Virus record (IMG/VR): IMGVR_UViG_3300045988_112022
Direction: 5' to 3' (one strand)
DNA from: a virus
Length of the DNA: 64,000 bases
Under the pieces are notes generated by a model that worked only from the letters and a program-made list of their open reading frames with translations, searched no databases and was not told the origin of the DNA. A program made the translations under genes and the position numbers. Of this stretch, positions 31,586-39,498 are shown piece after piece; within the stretch, counting starts at the first letter, position 1; every line of letters starts with the position of its first letter.

Positions 31586-31816
31586 ATGACTGAACAGGAG
31601 CTTATTGAATCGTTTGCAGGCAACTTGGATTACATTATGAGATCGGAACATATGAATCAAAGTGAGCTGGCACGAAGGAGTCATTTGAGTAGGGAGTCAA
31701 TCTGTAAATATTTAAAAGGTCAGCGTATGCCTACGTTGAAGGCACTTATGAATTTAAGCTATGCCTTGAGATGCAACATTGAAGAATTAACTCCGTTTAT
31801 TCAACTTATCGATTGA
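31586..31816 (+). CDS. XRE-family HTH regulator
   Basis: MNQSELARRSHLSRESICKYLKGQRMPTLKALMNLSYAL. Confidence 0.8.
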   Translation: MTEQELIESFAGNLDYIMRSEHMNQSELARRSHLSRESICKYLKGQRMPTLKALMNLSYALRCNIEELTPFIQLID

Positions 31817-31826
31817 GGTGACGGAA

Positions 31827-32261
31827 ATGAGCGAATTAAAAAAACAATGGATTGACGATGAATATCTGTGGCAGGATTTCTTGGACTACTTCAATCCAGA
31901 CTTCGATGAGATTGCCGATATTAAACAGATGAGCTGTTATGATATTCTGGTCACCATGAAAAATGGGGTGCAATATATTTACGACAATTACCGTCAGACA
32001 CGAAGGCGACTCCCAAATAGTTGGGATGATATGAGTCTTAAAGAATTTCATATGGATGCACATATAAGATTATATTCTATGATGAAGCGGGAAGGTTTCA
32101 CATATGATGACCTGTCTGAAGAAACGGGCATATCTCCAGGAACTATAAGTAATTATGTGAATGGCGTGACATCCCCAACCCTCGACAGATTATTTCTGAT
32201 TGCCAAAGCATTAGGCTGCCGGATTGAAGACCTAATCTATATCGAGCATATGTACAGATAA
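31827..32261 (+). CDS. protein with C-terminal XRE-family HTH
   Basis: Track ORF 31818-32261 with an ATG at 31827. FTYDDLSEETGISPGTISNYVNGVTSPTLDRLFLIAKAL. Confidence 0.75.
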   Translation: MSELKKQWIDDEYLWQDFLDYFNPDFDEIADIKQMSCYDILVTMKNGVQYIYDNYRQTRRRLPNSWDDMSLKEFHMDAHIRLYSMMKREGFTYDDLSEETGISPGTISNYVNGVTSPTLDRLFLIAKALGCRIEDLIYIEHMYR

Positions 32262-32319
32262 CCCATGAGGGCGCTTGGTTTACAGGCGCTCTTTTTTTGG
32301 TGCAGAAAGGAGATATTCT

Positions 32320-32700
32320 ATGGGGGAATTTGACACCAAACGAAATGGTATTCCGGTGAAGATATTAGAAACCGGTGAAGAATTCAATTCTATCAAAGCT
32401 TGCGCCGATGCGATTGGCGGCAATGCGTCCTGCGTCAGCAGAGTTGTGAATGGCAGTAAAGGATATTGTACTTGTCATGGGTTCCATATTTCAAAAGCTG
32501 GTGAAGAATCTGAAGTCCGCACGGATCAGCGAGGACGTCCAGGAATTGGAGTACAGATTATCGAAACCGGAAAAACGTATGGGTCCGTAGAAAAATGTGC
32601 CAAAGACATCGGGGGCAGTCCGACAGCCATTAAAGATATTTTGAAACAACAAAACAATCGAGTATCACACAAAGGTTATCATTTCAAACGTATAACTTAA
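32320..32700 (+). CDS. stand-alone tandem homing-endonuclease-type DNA-binding modules (no nuclease domain)
   Basis: Track ORF 32275-32700. GAAAGGAG RBS precedes the ATG at 32320. Two repeats (VKILETGEEFNSIKACADAIGGNASCVSRVVNG..GFHI and VQIIETGKTYGSVEKCAKDIGGSPTAIKDILK..GYHF) match the C-terminus of CDS 33660. Confidence 0.6.
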   Translation: MGEFDTKRNGIPVKILETGEEFNSIKACADAIGGNASCVSRVVNGSKGYCTCHGFHISKAGEESEVRTDQRGRPGIGVQIIETGKTYGSVEKCAKDIGGSPTAIKDILKQQNNRVSHKGYHFKRIT

Positions 32701-32836
32701 CCACTGTGTCGAAAAACTCACACGTGAAAATAACATCCCCTTTTATAGGGAGAAGATAATATATCGGTCAAAATCGGTCAATGTATTATCTTTTTATTTT
32801 TATGGATATTCAGCTCTATGAAAGGAGAAAGAGTTC

Positions 32837-33127
32837 ATGAAAGAAAATAAGTTTCAGGCAGATTTGAAAAAAGAGCTTAGAGCTATATTTCCTGGTTGCA
32901 TTGTAACCAAACTGGATTCGAGCGATATTCAGGGTATCCCCGATCTTCTTGTTTTATACAAAGACAAGTGGGCGGCTCTGGAAGTTAAGAAAAGTGCTAC
33001 GGCATCACATCGTCCGAATCAGGATTACTATGTTGCAAAAATGAACGCCATGTCATTTTCACGATTTATCTACCCAGAAAATAAGGAGGATGTTTTAGAT
33101 GAACTTCGTGAATCATTCAAAGCTTAG
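32837..33127 (+). CDS. VRR-NUC-like PD-(D/E)XK nuclease
   Basis: GIPDLLVLYKDKWAALEVKK (D...E-x-K). Confidence 0.65.
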   Translation: MKENKFQADLKKELRAIFPGCIVTKLDSSDIQGIPDLLVLYKDKWAALEVKKSATASHRPNQDYYVAKMNAMSFSRFIYPENKEDVLDELRESFKA

Positions 33128-33656
33128 TGGACTTCACGCACCATTCAGCCCAAGTCAGCCAGCATGGTTGAGATATAGTGATGAGAAAGCAATCGCAGTT
33201 CGACAGAACAAGAAAGCTGCAGAACTTGGCACACGCTTACATGCATGGGCAAAAGAAACTATTGATATGGGTATTAAACAGCCTCGCTCGAAGAAAACCT
33301 TATACGCATATGTAAACGATGCTATCGGTTTTCGCATGAGTACAGAGGTTGTTTTATATTATTCAGACAGATTCTTCGGAACTGCAGATGCGATTTGTTT
33401 CCGGAATAATAAGCTCAGAATCCATGATTTGAAGACTGGCGTCGGTCCAGTGCATATGGAGCAGCTTGAGGTGTATGCAGCGTTATTCTGTCTTGAATAT
33501 AAGATCAGACCAGGCGATATCGAGTTTGAACTCTGTATTTACCAGAATGATGAAGTAGTAGTATTCAACCCGACTGCAGAAGATATTCTGCCGATTATGG
33601 ATAAGATTGTTCATCTTGACAAGATACTTGCGGAATGTGATGCAGAGGAGGCATAA
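33099..33656 (+). CDS. PD-(D/E)XK (RecB/Cas4-like) nuclease family protein
   Basis: GTADAICFRNNKLRIHDLKTG...QLEVYAALF. Confidence 0.6.
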   Translation: MNFVNHSKLSGLHAPFSPSQPAWLRYSDEKAIAVRQNKKAAELGTRLHAWAKETIDMGIKQPRSKKTLYAYVNDAIGFRMSTEVVLYYSDRFFGTADAICFRNNKLRIHDLKTGVGPVHMEQLEVYAALFCLEYKIRPGDIEFELCIYQNDEVVVFNPTAEDILPIMDKIVHLDKILAECDAEEA

Positions 33657-33659
33657 CCG

Positions 33660-34205
33660 ATGACTGAATTCTATAACGGTTGGGAAGAAAATGAAGTATG
33701 GGTTAATCTTGAGCGTTTCCCGAAACATCAAATCAGCACATTCGGTAGAATACGGAATAAATGTAGCGGCCATATTCTCAAACCATTTTTGGACAGATAC
33801 GGTTATCTACGGGTTAGCATCGGTAATACCGATAATGTATACATACATCGTCTAATGTGTGAAACTTTTTATGGCGCACCAAAATTCGATCGAGCTCAAG
33901 TTAACCATATAGATTGCGATCGAGAAAATAACCACATATTTAATCTTGAATGGTGTTCAGCTAAAGATAACATAAAATGGGCTTGTGAACACGGAAAACT
34001 AGATTATAAAAAAGGGTTGAAAATGGCGGTTAAAGCCAACGTAAAACCTGTCCGGATAATAGAACTCGATAAAACCTTTTCGAGTGTAAAAGATTGTGCC
34101 AAATTTCTTCATATAAATCCGAATAGAGTAAGTAGATGTCTTATCGGATCAAGAAAAGGGCAACGTATACATGGATATCATATAGAGTACGCGGAGGCAG
34201 AATGA
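33660..34205 (+). CDS. HNH homing endonuclease (NUMOD4-like N-terminus, HNH_3-like core, C-terminal DNA-binding module)
   Basis: FPKHQISTFGRIRN..GYLRVSI..HRLMCETFYG..VNHIDCDRENNHIFNLEWCSAKDN. Confidence 0.8.
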   Translation: MTEFYNGWEENEVWVNLERFPKHQISTFGRIRNKCSGHILKPFLDRYGYLRVSIGNTDNVYIHRLMCETFYGAPKFDRAQVNHIDCDRENNHIFNLEWCSAKDNIKWACEHGKLDYKKGLKMAVKANVKPVRIIELDKTFSSVKDCAKFLHINPNRVSRCLIGSRKGQRIHGYHIEYAEAE

Positions 34206-37114
34206 TGAATAGTATAGTAGAAGAAATTGAATCATTTTTAGGATCAGCCTCTATGACAGATGAGGAATATCTGGCTCATTATGGTATGCCCCGCCGTTCC
34301 GGGCGATATCCTTGGGGGTCGGGGAAAAATGGCTATCAAAGCTCACGTGACTTCTTAGGTCGTGTTGAGCAGATGCGAAAATCTGGTTTTACATATACTG
34401 ATGAAAACGGTAAGAAATGGACTGGTGATAATGCGATTGCTAAATCACTTGGTTACAATTCTACCGATTTCCGAACAGTGTATGCGATTGCAAAAGACGA
34501 GCGTAGATCAGATATGGTTGCCACAGCCAAACGTCTCAGAGACAAAGAAGGAATGAACAATTCTGAGATTGGTCGAAAAATGGGAATCAATGAATCATCT
34601 GTTCGATCACTCCTTGATCCAAATTCCGAGTCAAGAATGAAGCAGGCCAGAGACACGGCCAAATTCTTGAAAGAACAGGTTGATAAAAAAGGCATGGTTG
34701 ATGTCGGTGCCGGTGTAAACAATGATCTGAAAATCACAAAAGAAAAACTGGATCAGGCATTGTTTATATTACAGGCTGAAGGAAACTATGAGGTTTATGG
34801 AGGTCGATTCTCACAGGTCACAAATAAAGGTCAGATGACGACTCAGAGAGTTCTTTGTAAACCAGGAACACCGCATAGTGCAATCTACGATTTTGATAAT
34901 GTCAAGACAGTCACTGATTATATTTCCAGAGATGATGGGAAGACCTATGAAAAGAAATTCACATATCCTGAAAGCTTAGATTCCAAGCGTCTTATGATTC
35001 GCTATAAAGAAGATGGCGGTATTGATAGAGATGGAACCGTTGAACTCAGGAGAAATGTACCGGATCTGTCGCTTGGCGAATCCAAATATTCTCAGGTCCG
35101 TATAATGGTTGACGGAAAGAAATATATCAAAGGCATGGCTGTCTATAAAGATGATAAAGACTTTCCACCAGGTGTCGATGTTATATTTAACACCAACAAG
35201 TCCAAGAGTGTTCCGAAACTGGAAGTTCTCAAAGATGTGAAACCAGATCCGGACAACCCCTTCGGCTCTCTTATTAAAGATGCCGATCAAGGCGGGCAGT
35301 ATTGGTATACCGACAAAAATGGTAAGAAGAAGCTCGGCCTTATTAATAAGCGATCCGATGAAGGCGATTGGACTGAATGGAAAGATGCTTTACCATCTCA
35401 GTTCTTATCCAAACAGTCAAAAGCTATGGCAGAAAAACAGCTTGGCATCGCTAAAGCAGACAAGCAGGCAGAATATGAAGCTATCATGGCTCTGACTAAT
35501 CCGACTGTAAAGAAATATTATCTTGATAAATTCGCAAGCAGTTGTGACTCAGCAGCCGTACATCTTAAAGCAGCCGCATTACCGGGTCAGAAATACCATG
35601 TTATTCTACCTGTCACATCTCTGAGTGAGAAAGAAGTATACGCCCCTGGATATCCTGATGGAAGTAAACTTGCTCTTGTTCGATATCCTCATGGTGGTAC
35701 ATTTGAGATTCCAATCTGTACAGTCAACAACAAAAACAAAGATGCTATCAAGATGATTGGAAAGGATTCTATCGACGCGATTGGTATCAACAGTAGAGTT
35801 GCTGAACGATTATCTGGAGCCGACTTCGATGGCGACACTGTAATGTGTATTCCCACTCATGATCGTGCCGGAAAAGTTAAGATCGCTAGTCGTCCGCCTC
35901 TTGAAGGGCTCGAGGGATTCGATCCTAAGATGGGTTATCAGGGCGAGAAGAAAACTGGATCTGATGGTAAAGAACATTGGTATCGAGACGGCAGAGAATA
36001 CCAGCTCATGAAGAAGACTGATACTGAGATGGGTAAAATCTCTAATCTGATTACCGATATGACTATCATTGGAGCTACCGATGATGAATTAGCTCGTGCT
36101 GTAAGACATAGCATGGTCGTCATCGATGCTGAGAAGCATCATCTGGATTACAAACAGAGTGAAAAAGACAACAACATTCAGGCACTAAAGCAGAAGTATC
36201 AGATCAAGGTCGACGAGAACGGGAAGATCAAATACGGCGGCGCATCCACCCTTATTTCCAGAGCCAAAGGAGAAGTTACTGTTGATAAGCGACAGGGAAC
36301 TCCTAAACCAAACCTCCCGGGTAAAGAATGGTATGATCCATCCAGACCTGACGGAGCTCTTATCTACAAGAAAGCTGACGACGCTACCTATACCGTCAAG
36401 AAAGTGGATAAGAAGACCGGTGAGGTAACGGAGGTAACTAAGAAGCGTACCGATAAGAGTAACCGTATGTCTGAAACTGATGACGCTATGACCTTGGTAT
36501 CTAAGTATAGACACCCAATGGAACTTGTGTATGCTGATTACGCTAATAGCATGAAAGCTATGGCCAACAAAGCAAGGGTTGAGTCCAGTAAAGCCGGTAA
36601 GATAGCCTACAGTAAGGATGCTAAGAGGAAGTATCAGGAAGAGTATGACAGTCTCACTAAGAAACTGGCGATAGCCGAATCTAATACACCTCGTGAACGT
36701 GCAGCCCAGCGTATGGCTAATGCTACCGTTCAGAGAAAGCAGAAAGCTGCTGAAGAAGCTGGTGTTAAGCTCAAACCGAAGGATGTTAAGAAAGCAAGTC
36801 AGCAAGCACTCACGAAAGCAAGAGAAGAAGTTGGCTCTGTTTCGAGAAGAGACCGAAACATCGTCATCACTGATAAAGAATGGGATGCTATACAGGCAGG
36901 TGCAGTCAGTGAATCCATACTCAAACGTGTTCTCAATAACTGTGATCCGGATTCTTTAAGACAAAGAGCAATGCCGAAAGAAACAAAAGTTCTTAATCAA
37001 GCAAAGATTAACAGAATCAAAGCGATGTCTGCATCGTACACAATTCAGCAGATTGCAGAAAAGCTTGGCGTTTCAACCTCAACAGTTTCCAAGTATTTGA
37101 AAGGAGCGAATTAG
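34202..37114 (+). CDS. candidate single-subunit two-barrel RNA polymerase (YonO/RdRP-like) with N- and C-terminal HTH modules
   Basis: ATG at 34202 overlaps the HNH stop (track ORF starts at 34136). LVRYPHGGTFEI...IGINSRVAERLSGADFDGDTVMCIP (DFDGD at 35822-35836) fits the beta-prime DPBB signature. DGKKYIKGMAVYKDDKDFPPGVDVIFNTN (about 35111-35200) fits the beta DPBB lysine block. HTH modules: NSEIGRKMGINESSVRSLL and YTIQQIAEKLGVSTSTVSKYLKG. Confidence 0.6.
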   Translation: MMNSIVEEIESFLGSASMTDEEYLAHYGMPRRSGRYPWGSGKNGYQSSRDFLGRVEQMRKSGFTYTDENGKKWTGDNAIAKSLGYNSTDFRTVYAIAKDERRSDMVATAKRLRDKEGMNNSEIGRKMGINESSVRSLLDPNSESRMKQARDTAKFLKEQVDKKGMVDVGAGVNNDLKITKEKLDQALFILQAEGNYEVYGGRFSQVTNKGQMTTQRVLCKPGTPHSAIYDFDNVKTVTDYISRDDGKTYEKKFTYPESLDSKRLMIRYKEDGGIDRDGTVELRRNVPDLSLGESKYSQVRIMVDGKKYIKGMAVYKDDKDFPPGVDVIFNTNKSKSVPKLEVLKDVKPDPDNPFGSLIKDADQGGQYWYTDKNGKKKLGLINKRSDEGDWTEWKDALPSQFLSKQSKAMAEKQLGIAKADKQAEYEAIMALTNPTVKKYYLDKFASSCDSAAVHLKAAALPGQKYHVILPVTSLSEKEVYAPGYPDGSKLALVRYPHGGTFEIPICTVNNKNKDAIKMIGKDSIDAIGINSRVAERLSGADFDGDTVMCIPTHDRAGKVKIASRPPLEGLEGFDPKMGYQGEKKTGSDGKEHWYRDGREYQLMKKTDTEMGKISNLITDMTIIGATDDELARAVRHSMVVIDAEKHHLDYKQSEKDNNIQALKQKYQIKVDENGKIKYGGASTLISRAKGEVTVDKRQGTPKPNLPGKEWYDPSRPDGALIYKKADDATYTVKKVDKKTGEVTEVTKKRTDKSNRMSETDDAMTLVSKYRHPMELVYADYANSMKAMANKARVESSKAGKIAYSKDAKRKYQEEYDSLTKKLAIAESNTPRERAAQRMANATVQRKQKAAEEAGVKLKPKDVKKASQQALTKAREEVGSVSRRDRNIVITDKEWDAIQAGAVSESILKRVLNNCDPDSLRQRAMPKETKVLNQAKINRIKAMSASYTIQQIAEKLGVSTSTVSKYLKGAN

Positions 37115-37118
37115 TTAA

Positions 37119-37391
37119 ATGGATGATTTCAGATTAACAACATTTGACAATCCTTACGATCCATTCGAACAGTTCACTCTTTGGTACTTGTTCGATACAG
37201 AAAAAGGTTACAACACTTGTGGAAAACTGGATCGTATTTCCAATTATTCTGACGACATGACAGAAAAAGAGGTCAATGATGAACATAATCGTGCAATCGA
37301 TGAGTTAATATCATTTGATTTCTTGAATATTTACAAAAAAGTTCCGCGAAATTCGAAAGTTGCGCTGGATTTAGGCGCTGCCCAGGTGTAA
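37119..37391 (+). CDS. hypothetical protein
   Basis: Track ORF. Confidence 0.6.
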   Translation: MDDFRLTTFDNPYDPFEQFTLWYLFDTEKGYNTCGKLDRISNYSDDMTEKEVNDEHNRAIDELISFDFLNIYKKVPRNSKVALDLGAAQV

Positions 37392-37407
37392 TCCGATATC
37401 AAAGCAT

Positions 37408-37441
37408 AGGGGGAGGGTCGCTAAAAAAGCACCCCCTCCCT
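37408..37441 (+). other. GC-rich hairpin
   Basis: AGGGGGAGGGT-N12-ACCCCCTCCCT (imperfect). Locally much more GC-rich than the surrounding sequence. Confidence 0.5.
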
Positions 37442-37447
37442 GCATCG

Positions 37448-37481
37448 CGCCGGTCTTCCGAATTTCCCCGGCGGGATTTTT
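37448..37481 (+). terminator. possible terminator
   Basis: CGCCGG-N14-CCGGCG followed by GGATTTTT. Confidence 0.4.
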
Positions 37482-37695
37482 CCAGAAACAATTTATATTT
37501 TTATGCTGCCCTCAGAGGGGTTTATTGAACCACAAAGCCATTTAATCCGCGTGTATTTCTCCTTTCAAGATTTGTACTTCTTTTGAGTTAGTCAACCTCG
37601 TACCGATAGGTTCCTTAAACTCCTCTAAAGACAGCATAACATTAATGAAATCTGACAAATAGTCGATAACAATTAAATTCAAGGAGGCGTAAACG

Positions 37696-38013
37696 ATGCC
37701 AAAGGTAGCAAAAACTGAACGGCGTCCAATGCTTACGCCGGAAGCAAAAGAAAACCAGATGATATCTCTGGCTATGGATTGCGCTGAAAGACAGATGATG
37801 GAAGGTACGGCTTCTTCGCAGGTTATAACTCATTTTTTAAAACTGGGTTCGGGAAAAGAAAGACTCGAGAGAGAAAAACTTGAAGAAGAGAACAAGCTTC
37901 TGAGAGCGAAGACAAAAGCGTTGGAAGAGAGTGCTGAATCTAAGGTTATGTATGAAGAAGTTCTTCGAGCTATGCGCGACTACAGCGGAGCAGGTGATCC
38001 GGATGAGTATTAA
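37696..38013 (+). CDS. terS: terminase small subunit (putative)
   Basis: 105 aa. ENQMISLAMDCAERQMMEGTASSQVITHFLKLGS followed by a coiled coil. Lies at the head of the packaging module. Confidence 0.6.
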   Translation: MPKVAKTERRPMLTPEAKENQMISLAMDCAERQMMEGTASSQVITHFLKLGSGKERLEREKLEEENKLLRAKTKALEESAESKVMYEEVLRAMRDYSGAGDPDEY

Positions 38014-38419
38014 GACATATTCTGAGTTGATCACATTTCCAACTTTTAAAGAACGATACAAGTACCTTCGGATCGGCGGTGTAGTTGGTCAGGAGACGTT
38101 CGGATTCGACAGATATTTGAATCAGCTTTTCTATAAGTCGCCGGAATGGTTGTCGGTAAGAGATCAGGTGATTTTTCGAGACAGTGGGTGCGATCTGGGG
38201 ATTCCTGGGCGAGAAATCTATAGCAAAATTCTGGTTCATCATATGAATCCGATCACGAAAGAGGATATTCTCAAGCGAAGTGATTTGTTGCTGGACCCGG
38301 AATATCTGATTTGCACTGTCAAAAGAACACATGACGCAATTCACTATGGGGATGATTCCATATTATGGAGCGATCCTGTAGAACGATGTAGAAATGATAC
38401 TTGTCCATGGAAGAAATAA
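38003..38419 (+). CDS. terminase-associated HNH endonuclease
   Basis: In-frame ATG at 38003 within track ORF 37931-38419. ILVHHMNPITKEDI...THDAIHYG. Confidence 0.75.
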   Translation: MSIKTYSELITFPTFKERYKYLRIGGVVGQETFGFDRYLNQLFYKSPEWLSVRDQVIFRDSGCDLGIPGREIYSKILVHHMNPITKEDILKRSDLLLDPEYLICTVKRTHDAIHYGDDSILWSDPVERCRNDTCPWKK

Positions 38420-38433
38420 AGAGGAGTAGCTTG

Positions 38434-38775
38434 ATGAATGAAAGTATTCTAATATCGATCAAGGCACAACTGGGTATTCAGGAAGAGTATACAGCTTTTG
38501 ACCAGCAGCTTATTATGCACATCAATTCGGTGTTTATGGTTTTAAAGCAGCTTGGAGTAGGTCCTGCGGCTGGTTTCACTATTTCAGATAAAACAGCTAC
38601 ATGGAATGATTTTCTCTCATCCGATAAGAACCTCGAAGCAACGAAGTCTTATGTCGGCATGAGAGTGAGAATGCTGTTCGATCCGCCAACAACTTCAATT
38701 GTTGCCGAAAGTATGAATCGTATGATCAATGAGTTTGAGTGGCGACTTAACTCGGAAGCGGAAAGTGATAATTAA
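38434..38775 (+). CDS. gp6-like head-tail connector / QLRG-family protein
   Basis: Track ORF 38401-38775. AGAGGAG RBS precedes the ATG at 38434. N-terminal SIKAQLGI..FD..L..HIN. Confidence 0.5.
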   Translation: MNESILISIKAQLGIQEEYTAFDQQLIMHINSVFMVLKQLGVGPAAGFTISDKTATWNDFLSSDKNLEATKSYVGMRVRMLFDPPTTSIVAESMNRMINEFEWRLNSEAESDN

Positions 38776-39410
38776 TCTAAAATTCCCTTGAAGAAAACAT
38801 CTTGGGATTTGGCGGCAATAGCTGAGGTTCCGACAAAATCAAATCCAGCTCCAACCAAACCGCCAACAAATGGAACCATTTTTCCAAGATTAATTATACC
38901 TTTGGTTCCAAATTTTGTTATAAATCGCTGACCAACTTTCTGGTTAATTTTGGTTAAAACTTCCCCAGGGATTTTCTTGATCATGCTTATGGTAAATTTG
39001 TTGGTAAATTGAACTCCCGCTTCACGGCAGATTTTTGAAACAGAAGCGCCAGTAAGACATACGTACGCCATAGTTTGAACTTCATCATCGGAAGGATCGT
39101 AGCCAGCCAGAACGGCAATAGTTGCGATCATACGAAGTTGTATATACCATACGCTTGCTAAATTAGCAGGAATCGCCACCGGAAGAGTTAATATTCCGCC
39201 AAGACTTGTTATAAATCCGGATGTGGAACATTTCATAATTTGCCATTTCGCAAAAGCAGCGGTAGCTTTTTCGGCATCACCGTATTTATTAAGATACTGC
39301 TCGGCTATTTCATAACAATTTGGTGTGTTAGGTAAACCATTAAGCGCAGCTTCGTAACATTTATTCAATGCACTCATCACTTGATCTTCGGTTAAAGCGA
39401 GTTTTGACAT
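38772..39410 (-). CDS. EcsC-family protein (reverse-oriented moron)
   Basis: Track ORF 38772-39428. GGAAGGAG RBS favours MSKLAL (complement of 39408-39410). Gly-rich GGLVGAGFDFVGTSAIA and overall EcsC-like pattern. Confidence 0.65.
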   Translation of the reverse strand: MSKLALTEDQVMSALNKCYEAALNGLPNTPNCYEIAEQYLNKYGDAEKATAAFAKWQIMKCSTSGFITSLGGILTLPVAIPANLASVWYIQLRMIATIAVLAGYDPSDDEVQTMAYVCLTGASVSKICREAGVQFTNKFTISMIKKIPGEVLTKINQKVGQRFITKFGTKGIINLGKMVPFVGGLVGAGFDFVGTSAIAAKSQDVFFKGILD

Positions 39411-39498
39411 ATGTATATCTCCTTCCAATACGATGATTGTATTGTAACAAGAGACGAATGTGAATGCAAGACAGTATGATAGAAATGAGGTGATATAA

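Noticed and set aside
37640-37660. TTAATGAAA upstream of terS, as a possible twentieth box copy (late promoter).
   Set aside because: The TCGCG block is absent at the fixed 16-nt distance and the central ACA is out of register. The 3' block alone is too short to be meaningful in AT-rich DNA.
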